A stretch of DNA of 63,651 nucleotides, filler included, from Octopus bimaculoides (GCF_001194135.2; 7 parts of 6 records of this genome joined end to end with filler, not necessarily neighbours in it), one strand, 5' to 3'. Counted from the first letter of the whole stretch, positions 53,830-63,651 are shown. Notes: a model not told the origin generated them from the letters alone. Translations and numbers: made by a program.

Positions 53830-54339
53830 CACTAAACTCCACTTGCGAAGACCTGTTGAGGCAAGTGAAATTGAAATCTAGTAAATTGGACACTAAACTC
53901 CACTTGCGAAGACCTGTTGAGGCAAGTGAAATCGAAATCGAGTTAAATTGGACACGAAACTCAGCTTGCAAAGACTTATTGGGGCAAGCGAAAGCGAATT
54001 TGTGATGGCACTTGTTCCCACGGCATGTCTAAGGACTTTCGAGCGAGATTGTTGCTAGTGCCCCTGGACTGGCTCTTGTGCGGGTGGCACATAAAATACA
54101 CCATTTGAGCATGGCCGTTGCCAGTACCGCCTGACTGGCCTTTGTGTGGGTGACACGTAAAAGCACCCACTACACTCTCTGAGTGGTTGGCGTTAGGAAG
54201 GGCATCCAGCTGTAGAAACTCTGCCAAATCAGATTGGAGGCTGGTGTTGCCATCCAGTTTCACCAGTCTTCAGTCAAATCGTCCAACCTATGCTAGAATG
54301 GAAAGCGGACGTTAAACGATGATGATGATGATGATGATG
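53830..54339 (+). mobile_element. SINE/non-autonomous retroelement 3' portion with three 61-62-bp internal tandem units and a (GAT)n tail
   Basis: Units start at 53830, 53891 and 53953; GGCGTTAGGAAGGGCATCCAGCTGTAGAAAC domain; end GGAAAGCGGACGTTAAAC(GAT)n. Confidence 0.65.
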
Positions 54340-54544
54340 TATGTATATGTAAATATGTGTGTATATATTTGTATATATGTATGTGTATATATGTATGTAT
54401 GTGTATGTATATATATGTGTGTATGTATATATATTTATATATATATATTTGTATGTGTATAAACTTAGATATGTTTTGACCAAAGATTGGTCCAGGCCAT
54501 ATCTAACTTAATAGTACCACCTGATAGTATTGTCTAAAGCCTTT

Positions 54545-54790
54545 TAAGTCAAGTTCTGTGGTATCATGGTCCATTCGAGTAGTGAGTTCTTGTTGAGTGA
54601 GTTGTATCCAGGTATAGGTGGCTTATCTGGTATTCCTTGAAGAAATTTGTCCAGACTCCGTTTCAAGGTGATGGGATCCTTTTCCTCTTTGATCAGTTTT
54701 GGGACAATATTAAACAGGGCAGGGCCAGTTGAGGAAAAGAAATTGTGTCACAGTGTACCTATATGTTGTGGTCCTGAATCGTTCCAATTG
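54545..54790 (-). mobile_element. CR1/L2-group LINE 3' end remnant
   Basis: STGPALFNIVPKLIKEEKDPITLKRSLDKFLQGIPDKPPIPGYNSLNKNSLLEW. Confidence 0.65.
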
Positions 54791-54877
54791 CCTTACCTGC
54801 CTACAGTAAACAAACCATAAAGATGGGAGAATGCATGTGTTATATACCTTAACTTTAATTTGTGAAGATATATTATG

Positions 54878-55198
54878 TCATGTCCACAGACACCTATCAA
54901 GCCTACCAAAAGCACTACTAGCCCTGCTGATTCTGTATGAACTTTGATCAAGACCAGCAGTGCTCAAGGTACTTCCTAAATAAATAAATCTAGGTACAGT
55001 CTCCAACCTTTGACCATTCACAGTTATAAAAGGTTCCACATGCATCTTGGAGGGAGCAGACTGGTACATTATAACAATTATTTTTAGATTGATTGTTAAA
55101 CCCAATGCTGTACATGCTGCAGAAATTGCATTCACCATGTACTGCATATCTTTCTGAGAATGTGCCAACAGCTCACAATCATCTGTATAGAGAAACTT
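54878..55198 (-). mobile_element. RTE-clade LINE RT fragment, cut by a SINE
   Basis: FLYTDDCELLAHS...ALGLTINLK...FIYLGSTLS...RISRASSAFGRL. Confidence 0.85.
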
Positions 55199-55826
55199 TG
55201 TGTGGTAAGCAGCTTGCTTACCAACCACATGGTTCCGGGTTCAGTCCCACTGCGTGGCACCTTGGGCAAGTGTCTTCTACTATAGCCTCGGGCTGACCAA
55301 AGCCTTGTGAGTGGATTTGGTAGACGGAAACTGAAAGAAGCCCGTCGTATATATGTATATATGTATGTGTGTTTGTGTGTCTGTGTTTGTCCCCCCACCA
55401 TCGCTTGACAACCGATGCTGGAGTGTTTACGTCCCCGTAACTTAGCGGTTCGGCAAAAAGAGACCGATAGAATAAGTACTAGGCTTACAAAGAATAAGTC
55501 TTGGGGTCGATTTTATTTCTTTATTGCACACAAGGGGCTAAACATAGAGGGGACAAACGAGGACAGACAAAGGGATTAAGTCGATTATATCGACTCTAGT
55601 GCGTAACTGGTACTTAATTTATCGACATCGAAAGGATGAAACGCAAAGTCGACCTCGGCTGGAATTTGAACTCAGAACGTAACGGCAGACGAAATACTGC
55701 TAAGCATTTCGCCCGGCGTGTTAACGTTTTTGCCAGCTCGTTTCTGCTCTCCTGGGGTCGATTTGCTTGACTAAAGGTGGTGCTCCAGCATGGCCGCAGT
55801 CAACTGATTGAAACAAGTAAAAGAGT
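55199..55826 (+). mobile_element. Family-A SINE with a nested antisense family-B SINE (55514-55749)
   Basis: 15-bp TSD TCTTGGGGTCGATTT (55499-55513) / TCCTGGGGTCGATTT (55750-55764). Confidence 0.85.
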
Positions 55827-55902
55827 AAGGTGAGAATGCAGAACTTTCGTTTTGGCACAGAGTCTTTTGAACAGTTTTCCTGTTGTCCTATATCTTATAT
55901 TT

Positions 55903-55953
55903 GGAGGCGCAATGGCCCTGTGGTTAGGGCAGCGGACTCGCGGTCAAAGGATC
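55903..55953 (+). mobile_element. tRNA-like SINE head cut by a gap
   Basis: GGAGGCGCAATGGCCCTGTGGTTAGGGCAGCGGACTCGCGGTC (A-box-like); no complete cloverleaf is visible. Confidence 0.5.
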
Positions 55954-56445
55954 NNNNNNNNNNNNNNNNNNNNNNNNNNNNNNNNNNNNNNNNNNNNTTA
56001 ATTAATTAANNNNNNNNNNNNNNNNNNNNNNNNNNNNNNNNNNNNNNNNNNNNGCAACATGTGTCTTTTAAGTCCGTCGTCTCTCTAAATACCCCCACTT
56101 TGTAGCATGGCTCCATTTAGCGGTGTTTATGCTGTTGAGCATTCGGATCAGAATTCCGGCTTGGCGGTACTTTTAACTCTTCCTGCCACTTCTCATCAGT
56201 CCAATAGTGACAGGGGGTGGGGTGGGGTGGGATGGAGAAGGATGGAGCGAAGTTGACTTCGGCGAGATTTGGATTCAGAACGTATAAAGTCTCCAGTCGG
56301 GGTTAAATGTCACCCAGGGGCAACCAAGGAACTCCACAAATCCGCAGACGAGAATTTAAAATAACAATAACAATGATGATGATGCTGCTGATTATGCTGA
56401 TGATGACGCTGATGATAATGATGATGATGATAATAATAATAATAA

Positions 56446-56476
<31 letters not shown>

Positions 56477-57774
56477 AATAATAATAATTAATAAATAAAT
56501 ATATAAATAATAATAGTTTTTATTTTGCCAGTAGGGCTCATTCATACGTACAATCGTTATTTGTTAAAGGTTATTCAAAATATGTGTTAATGCCACAGCA
56601 AAGTTATATAAACATGATGGATGGGACTGAGATGGAAAAATATGTTTAAGATATTAAAAATTTGTAAATAATTAGATAAATTATAAATTAGATAATTATA
56701 TTAAGTCACAGATACAATTAATATATATAATCTAAGGCATGTAATGTTTTTCGTTCTCACCCTCTTCAAAAAGGATCTGAGGTAAGGATGCATCTGCCTT
56801 TGTCACCTAGCTCTGTCAAGCAGATATTTTTTTCTGCTTGGTAAATCTTCCCTACAGTCAAATATTTGGAAGCTGAATTTGCAAAAGAAAGACTGAAATA
56901 ATTATCGTTTAAAGCTCAGTTTTTTTGCTCAATCTTTCATTTTGGCAAAATGTGTATATTGTAATTATTATTAGCATTAAGCGTGTCTCTTAAAGTTTTT
57001 AAAATAGTACGACTTTTTTCTGTTAGAAATTATCTTTTCTTTTTCTTTATTTACTGTTGATTTAAATATTTTATCCGAGTTTTATGGGCATTTATTCATT
57101 GAGTAGCCATGTTAATTTACAATTGGAAGAAAAATTGGCTTAGCAAATTAAAGTCTTTTCTCCCTCTAAACTGGAAATGGAAAGCAAAAATAATTTTCCA
57201 AAATAATTTTTTTTTACAAAGGCCACATGATTTTTAATTACATATAACAGCAGCTTCATTAGAAATAAGAATAATTAAATCCTGAATTACTGTGGGTGTA
57301 TTTTTTTATATTTATACATCAGTTCTCTCTCTCCCCATTCTATGTACATACATACACATACATACACACGCACACACACTATTTTATTAAATCTGAAAAA
57401 ATGTTCACAAATTGTTACTCAGAATTTCACGTGGCCGTTCACCAGATAGTTATATCTGTGAGATTGCTTGTGTGTGTGTGTGTGTGTGTGTGTGGACTGA
57501 ACACAAACTTACTAGTTACGGCTGGAAAGACTTTGATCAAATTCCCGCACAGTCAGGACCGACCAAGTCTTAAACAACAACAGCAACAACTTGGTTACTC
57601 TTTAATCCAACTAGAACGAATGAGTGTAGATAAAGAATTTCTATCTCGCGAGTCGAAAGACATAGGTTCAGAATCAAACACTGACATCCAACTCAACTTC
57701 AACTTGAAGTTCTAGATAAAAGACATATCCTATATCGGTGGTTGTGGAACCGACAAGGAGAAGCGTTGCTTCGG

Positions 57775-58095
57775 CAGTTTACGTTGCTTGAGTTATTTGA
57801 CGGCAGTTGACGCAAGTTGGTGGTTGTAGTTGACTGTCGTTGACATTAACTGTCGTTGACATTAACTGTCGTTGACATTAACTGTCGTTAGTTAATGTTA
57901 ACTGACGGTAATTCACGGTATTCATATTAACGTTAGTAGATGTTAGTTACGTTACTGGATAGCATATGACGGTGATTGACGATAGTTAACGGTGTTGACA
58001 TTAGTTGACGGTAGCAGAGGTCAGTTGATGTTACTTAACAGTAGTTGACGATAGTTGACGTTAGTGAGCGGCACTTGACGGTAGTTAGCTGGTTC
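57775..58095. repeat. Degenerate ~10-bp minisatellite (GTAGTTGACG-like) with a 16-bp unit x3, downstream of the NWD stop (putative 3' UTR)
   Basis: ACTGTCGTTGACATTA at 57833, 57849 and 57865; nine TGACG occurrences. Confidence 0.85.
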
Positions 58096-58385
58096 AATTT
58101 CTAGCAAAGCTGAAAATCCAAATTATTTTTATAGTGAGTTCAATTCCCTCCTGGAGAAGTCATGTGACATCTGTCCATCAACATGAAGAGGAGGAGGAGG
58201 AAGACTGAAGAAGACAGATGAAAAAGAAGAATGACGACGACGATGAGGACGCTGATAATGACGATGATGATGATGATGTTGACGATGATGTTGATGATGA
58301 TAGATAATTCTGGTATTCATCGCAGCTTCCTTAATCTGATCGTCATTTCCTGCAACTTAGAATAATTTCTATAGAGCGAGGTCTT

Positions 58386-61300
58386 TTAAGATAGGACACA
58401 AGCCTTCGACTGTTGTTTCTGTGATGCGATGCCAGCTTTAGCTACAAATCGACTGATGTGTAAAGTTGCCCCAAAATGGTCTTTGCTTGAAATGATTTCG
58501 CCATTGGCATCAAGAAGAGGGGGCTGCACAGGAAGTGCTTGTCGGGCAGGTAGCGCTCGGAGGTAGTCCAAATTTTCTTGATACTCAGGGTCCGCAATGG
58601 TTAGCAATGTCACACTGCCATCAACGGTACCAATCACAATCGATGTTCCCAGAGCGTTGCAGGCCATTGTGTTTACTGCAGCATGCGTTTTGAAATTGGC
58701 TATCATTTTGGCATCAGATACTCGGAAGACGCGAATCGTTCTCCGACCGGAATGGTAATACACCACGTGTTGGTCATTCTTCGCGAAGAACACTTGGATA
58801 TTGAAAACTCCTTCAGCGACTTTTGGAATAAACGTCCGAATTGTTTTGCCGTGTTTCAACTCAAGAAGTTCCATGCCTCCTCTTGAAGGAGCATACAATC
58901 CGTGTTTACCGTTTTTCGTTGACATTCCATTCCAACGCATAACAGAACGGATTAAAGTTTTCTTCTTCAGGTCAATTATGTTCCCCTTTTCACTGTCGAC
59001 CACTGCAATTTGGTGTGCTTCGTGCGGCATGGCCACTACCTCTTGTATGTCTTTGTAGTTAGAATATTTCAACTGCATGGTAAACTGGAGATGTCCAGTT
59101 TTGGCATTGTAGATGTTAATGGTATCACAGCTTTTGTCCGTTGCAGGAACCGCGAGTTGAAGACTGCTACAAGTCAGTACAGGCTTGAGAAATTTCTTCA
59201 TCGCATAATCAAATCTATAAACTTCGTCTCCGTCTGGAAATATGAAACAGGAACCGTGGCCCTTCTCTTCACTGACCACCGAAAAACTAATTACTCGTGT
59301 ATTATCATCATTGAGCAGGACTACTTGTGTGTTGGCCTGAGCAATTTTCTTCATCATTTTCCCAGTTTTGGCGTCCCACACCACCACCCCGACCGATTCG
59401 GCAACCACCACGTATTTGCCATCTTTCGTGATGAGGGCACTCGAGATGATAGAATTGTGCGACCCCCCGGGTAAGTTATGCACCAGTTTACCTCGTTCCA
59501 TGTCCCACACTCCCACACCATTTCGTGTCGTTGTAACACAAAGGTTGACATTTTCAGCAATATTCATCGATTCTATTGGCTTCTCCAGACGATCGATCGA
59601 ATGAACATCTTCGAGAATGTTATCAAAGTTCCACACTTTGATAGTTTTGTCAATCGAAGAAGAGATCACTTTATTGTTCTTGCCGCGGACAGCGTCCATA
59701 GCGATAATACGTCCAAAATGTGCGTCCAGTACTTTCACCATATTCCCTTGCTTCACATCCCAGACATACAGGTTCCGCCTGACTCCGGCCACTACAAAAT
59801 GATTGTTCTTAGTGAACGCTAATAAACTAAAAATTTGGTTTTTAGTCGGAATATTTCGAACGCCATGTGGCAGCTTCAGATCTTTTTGCGTGTCTTTCTT
59901 CAGATCATACAACTTGTAACCAAATGGAATTGTTACAAGAAGGTACGCTTCGTCGGGGGCCAACGCCATTGAGAAAACCGGTTCTGTGTTATTGTCTAGG
60001 GTCCGTTCGTAACGCCAACGGTTGCCACTCAACTTATAGGAAACCACGGCATTATCACTTATTTCAATGCAGGTGTACAAACGAGTTTGTTCTTTTGTCA
60101 AAACGATTCCACTGTGGAATTCAAATGGTTCGACAGAATGGTCAGAAATTTCAAGAGTCATAGCATTGTTGTCTTCATCATCATTTTTCAAGAACACCAA
60201 GTTATTACCTTTTTCTGTAAACGTTACCAACAGAATCGGCATCTTCAGTTCAGACTCAAAACTGTTAAGAAATTTACCTTCGATAGTCATTAAATACCAT
60301 TCTTTCTCCTTCCAGACAGCCAAGTGTGAGTTTGAGACTGTGGCACCGAGCACTTGACCTTTGAACTTTCCATCAGGTTCGTTAATTATGTAATAGTCAC
60401 CGGTGTAAATTAAACAAATAACTATTTGTTTGTTGTTTGTGTAACCGACAGCGTATTTGTCACTAGGGGATATGGATAAGTTTTGCATGATGCCCTCAAT
60501 TTTAGGGGAAACGGTTCGTACCACGTCTCCAGAAGACAAGTCCCATATGATAAACTTGTTGGAAACAGAAACTACGTAGCGTCCATCTGTAGTAACGGCA
60601 ATTCCGAAAGGGGCGAACGGATGACCTTCTAAAGAATATTGAAGAGGGCCGCCGGGCGTTTGTAAACAGTGATGTCCCGGAATGAGTGCACAGTTATTTA
60701 AGCCTTCACTTTCACACTGGTCGATAAGGCTGTGGATTTTTTGGTGGGAATTATAGTAGGGTAAAAGTCTGCCAATAATCTGAGGGCCGAGCATATCTGG
60801 GTAGTGGTTTAGCACCGAACTTGACAAACGGATAGCGTCTGCTATGAGTTTTACCTCCTTGTCGTAAGTATGCTCTAGGAGGTCTTCCAGATCTGCCAGA
60901 AGCGACTGCAGAGGCATTGAACTAAGCTTGGCGTGGAGCCAACGGTAATTGAAAATGACTTTTTCGTATAAATCCTCGTAACGATAAGATCGAATGAGCG
61001 AGTATGGTAACTCACTAAGTTTACGCAGGTTGTACCTGGTTACTATTACACCTTCGGCATTATTAAACACAAGTGGCTGCAGGGGTACCTTACGATCTCC
61101 TTCGCCGTGTTTGTCGTCTAGGTTAAACCTTTGGCGTTGAAGTTCGGAGTATTCAAAAGGTTTCGGAATACCACCCCCCCATGTTCCAATGAAATATTCT
61201 GCCAGATTTGAGTGTATTTCGCTCACAAAATTCAAGTTCTTCAAATAGCGTTCTTTAGCTGCGTCAATGAACTGTCTGTGGTACCAACCTATAACATTTA

Positions 61301-62168
61301 CTCCATCTGCTTCCCTTTCACTCAGGTACCCAGGTAAATCGTTTCTTATCCGCGTCCACAACAAAGGCGGAATGCGGCGTGTAGGTGGCAAATGGTACTG
61401 ATAGACATCATTAAGAACTTTTTCATCCAACGATAAAAGATCTTCGAGTTCCGTTTCTGAAAGCCCATTCTTCGATGCTGTTATATAACCCAGGGCATGC
61501 GCTACAAGTGTTTTGCCGTGTTGATTTTCGATTTTTTCCAGAAGTTTCGTGATGCTATCATGAATTGAATGCCCCAGTTGATTCGGTTGGGGTTTTTTAT
61601 AAGATTTCCATCGGCAGATTTCGTCAAAAACCAGTTTAACATAGAGAGGTAAATTACATTTTGATATCGCCTCATTCACCACTTCCCATTGTTCGTTCGT
61701 TATGTTTCGATTGGCATTTTTCAACCAATGTTTAAGAATGGTGCTACTAAGGTTGTGCCCCAACGGTAAAATTTGCACGTAGTTTTCCTTCGATTCCACA
61801 ATGGTATTCAAATTCTCCAAGATATTATAATAATTGGGCAATGTTGAAACGATAAGTTTGACGTTCGGAGCGAGTTTTCGAGGCACCCACGAGAGCTCGT
61901 GCGCCCCACTAGCAGCCGATAATTGATCTAGGGAGTCGAGGAAAATGATTAACGGTTTTTTAGCAGTGGCTGAACACATAACCTTCTTGAAGTGCTGTAT
62001 GAGAGGCGCCAGTTCGTCCGGAACCTCCTCTTCCTGAATGTCATAGATGTAGCTGAGTTGCCGGCTCAAGGTGGTCAACAGTGGGACAATACTGGAACTG
62101 CAGGGTGTTGTACCGAGAAATCGGAGGATCATCACTGGCTTCTTGTTCCCAGTGAACCATGATGATAC
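58386..62168 (-). CDS. NWD2: Terminal coding exon (1260 codons plus stop) of a NACHT-domain and WD40-repeat protein, NWD2/NWD1-like; the N-terminus including Walker A lies in upstream exons not seen here
   Basis: The 1249-aa ORF extends 11 codons (VSSWFTGNKKP) to a phase-0 acceptor, cttctcttttatatcgacAG|GTA, at 62169/62168. It contains RFLGTT, Walker-B-like LIIFLDSLDQL, the NWD-typical GLSETELEDLLSLD...RRIPPLLW...WYHRQF segment and WD40 repeats (GH..APFGIAVT, SSSIDKTIKVWN). NWD1 versus NWD2 orthology cannot be resolved by eye. Confidence 0.88.
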   Translation of the reverse strand, partial: VSSWFTGNKKPVMILRFLGTTPCSSSIVPLLTTLSRQLSYIYDIQEEEVPDELAPLIQHFKKVMCSATAKKPLIIFLDSLDQLSAASGAHELSWVPRKLAPNVKLIVSTLPNYYNILENLNTIVESKENYVQILPLGHNLSSTILKHWLKNANRNITNEQWEVVNEAISKCNLPLYVKLVFDEICRWKSYKKPQPNQLGHSIHDSITKLLEKIENQHGKTLVAHALGYITASKNGLSETELEDLLSLDEKVLNDVYQYHLPPTRRIPPLLWTRIRNDLPGYLSEREADGVNVIGWYHRQFIDAAKERYLKNLNFVSEIHSNLAEYFIGTWGGGIPKPFEYSELQRQRFNLDDKHGEGDRKVPLQPLVFNNAEGVIVTRYNLRKLSELPYSLIRSYRYEDLYEKVIFNYRWLHAKLSSMPLQSLLADLEDLLEHTYDKEVKLIADAIRLSSSVLNHYPDMLGPQIIGRLLPYYNSHQKIHSLIDQCESEGLNNCALIPGHHCLQTPGGPLQYSLEGHPFAPFGIAVTTDGRYVVSVSNKFIIWDLSSGDVVRTVSPKIEGIMQNLSISPSDKYAVGYTNNKQIVICLIYTGDYYIINEPDGKFKGQVLGATVSNSHLAVWKEKEWYLMTIEGKFLNSFESELKMPILLVTFTEKGNNLVFLKNDDEDNNAMTLEISDHSVEPFEFHSGIVLTKEQTRLYTCIEISDNAVVSYKLSGNRWRYERTLDNNTEPVFSMALAPDEAYLLVTIPFGYKLYDLKKDTQKDLKLPHGVRNIPTKNQIFSLLAFTKNNHFVVAGVRRNLYVWDVKQGNMVKVLDAHFGRIIAMDAVRGKNNKVISSSIDKTIKVWNFDNILEDVHSIDRLEKPIESMNIAENVNLCVTTTRNGVGVWDMERGKLVHNLPGGSHNSIISSALITKDGKYVVVAESVGVVVWDAKTGKMMKKIAQANTQVVLLNDDNTRVISFSVVSEEKGHGSCFIFPDGDEVYRFDYAMKKFLKPVLTCSSLQLAVPATDKSCDTINIYNAKTGHLQFTMQLKYSNYKDIQEVVAMPHEAHQIAVVDSEKGNIIDLKKKTLIRSVMRWNGMSTKNGKHGLYAPSRGGMELLELKHGKTIRTFIPKVAEGVFNIQVFFAKNDQHVVYYHSGRRTIRVFRVSDAKMIANFKTHAAVNTMACNALGTSIVIGTVDGSVTLLTIADPEYQENLDYLRALPARQALPVQPPLLDANGEIISSKDHFGATLHISRFVAKAGIASQKQQSKACVLS

Positions 62169-62270
62169 CTGTCGATATAAAAGAGAAGTCAGATTAGATC
62201 AGATTAATACGTATTAACACATTAAAGCACGCTAACAGAGATTAAGACAGATTAACATACGTTAAAACTG
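62169..62270 (-). promoter_or_regulatory. 3' splice acceptor with polypyrimidine tract and branch-point-like motifs for the NWD exon
   Basis: The minus strand reads ...ttaatacgtattaatctgatctaatctgacttctcttttatatcgacag|gtatca, and the frame stays open from the AG to the ORF. Confidence 0.75.
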
Positions 62271-62438
62271 ATAGATGGGTTAAGTAGACAAATATGAGCC
62301 AAATTTGACATTATTTGACCTGGAGCTTACAGCAACAAGAAGAAAAACGGCAGTAGCGATGATGGGAGTATTAAATAATGTGGTCCTAGGTATGCAATAT
62401 CAGAATAAAAGACAGGATGGTAACGAAAGAGAGATAAA

Positions 62439-62470
<32 letters not shown>

Positions 62471-62641
62471 GAGAAAAATAGAAACGAGAGTTAGAAAGAG
62501 ATTGGGGGACAAAAAGAGGAATGGTGGGAGAAAACGAGAGANNNNNNNNNNNNNNNNNNNNNNNNNNNNNNNNNNNNNNNNNNNNTTAATTAATTAANNN
62601 NNNNNNNNNNNNNNNNNNNNNNNNNNNNNNNNNNNNNNNNN

Positions 62642-62692
<51 letters not shown>

Positions 62693-62820
62693 TTCTGTGT
62701 TGGTGTTACAGCGTTTCCACATATGAACTTGTATGTCTGTCAGTATGTATGTATGTATGTATATGTGTGTGCTTGTGTGTGGGGGTGCGTGTGTGTGTGT
62801 GTNNNNNNNNNNGTGTGGGG

Positions 62821-62857
<37 letters not shown>

Positions 62858-63265
62858 TGTGTGCGCGCGCGCGCTCTTTGTTCACATAATTTCACACATC
62901 AACCATTTCCATTCTTTTGCTAACTATTTGAGCGAAAAAATTTTTTTACAGAGAGAAAGGAAACTATGAGAAAACTATGTGGAAAATTCAAAGTAGGAGA
63001 CGGTGGAGGAAGATAAAAGCAGGATATACAAAAAATTGAGCCATTAGATATAAAATCATACATGGAGTAGAAAACGTGTGTGAAGGGAAAAAACAGGGGA
63101 AGTTGGAGATCATCAGAGCTAAGCTGACGTCTTGAATGGACGTTTGAAGTCCTTCAGCCTGTGAGAAAATATTTCCGTGTAATATATGTGTGTGTATGTG
63201 TGTGGGGTTTGGTGTCTGTGTGTGTGTGTGTGTGTGTGTCTGTGTGTGTCAATGTGTGTATTCTG

Positions 63266-63578
63266 TTCTACTATACCTTCGGGCCGACCAAAGCATTGTG
63301 AGTGTATATATGTGTATATATATATATATATGTGTGTGTATATATGTGTGTCTTTGTGTTTCTGTATATATGTGTGTCTTTGTGTTTGTGTGTGCGTTTG
63401 AGTGTCGGTGTTTTTTGTCGTCCACCATCGCTTGACACCGATGTTGGTGTGTTTGCGTCCCCGTAACCTAGCGATTCAGCAAATGAGACCGATAGAATAA
63501 GTACTAGGTTTGCACAAAATAAGTCCTGGGATCAATTTGTTCAACTAAAGGCGGTGCTCCAACATGGCCGCAGTCAAA
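63266..63578 (+). mobile_element. Family-A SINE (5'-truncated) in the NWD intron, antisense to the gene, with an expanded internal microsatellite
   Basis: TTCTACTATACCTTCGGGCCGACCAAAGC, about 105 bp of (TA/TG)n, then CATCGCTTGACA...GGCCGCAGTCAAA. Confidence 0.8.
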
Positions 63579-63612
63579 GAAAGAATATATATATATAAAT
63601 ATATTAATATAC

Positions 63613-63651
<39 letters not shown>

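Noticed and set aside
53830-54000. Tandem hairpin units (and the 12-, 14- and 15-bp arrays) as CRISPR-like
   Set aside because: There are no unique spacers and no cas genes, and the context is a eukaryotic retroelement.
57046-57388. AATAAA signals on the minus strand (57383-57388, 57046-57051) as NWD poly(A) sites
   Set aside because: Plausible, but too frequent in AT-rich DNA to call without 3'-end data.
58225-58305. YCAY (Nova-type) cluster in the NWD 3' UTR
   Set aside because: It is a (GAT/GAC)n microsatellite of a kind abundant throughout this genome, and nothing singles it out.
58560-60640. Highly conserved internal WD40 repeats as in fungal HET/NWD allorecognition proteins
   Set aside because: The WD repeats here are strongly diverged from one another, with no sign of concerted evolution.

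Overview
Eukaryotic, repeat-saturated genomic DNA with many N gaps. The SINE families and the extreme microsatellite load point to an octopus or other coleoid cephalopod (pattern recognition, not a database result). Only one host gene is supported: a 3,783-nt terminal coding exon (62168 to 58386, minus strand) of an NWD1/NWD2-type NACHT-WD40 STAND protein. It ends in a Ras-type CaaX box (CVLS-stop). The remaining ~58 kb shows no convincing exon and consists of decayed mobile elements: eight fragments of R4/Dong-type RLE LINEs, mostly next to (TAA)n tracts and including a short internally deleted derivative; RTE and CR1-like LINE pieces; a Penelope-like GIY-YIG element and several hammerhead-like motifs; Helitron and Helentron-associated elements; Tc1/mariner and hAT remnants; a Buster-type MITE; and more than 25 tRNA-derived SINE copies from about four families. 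No clearly new multi-gene system is visible. The best leads are the predicted prenylation of the NWD protein, the internally deleted LINE, two miRNA-sized hairpins flanking a hammerhead-like motif at 42.1-42.6 kb, and a TGACG-rich hairpin minisatellite just downstream of the NWD stop codon. All alignments and folds were done by eye; mobile-element boundaries are approximate.
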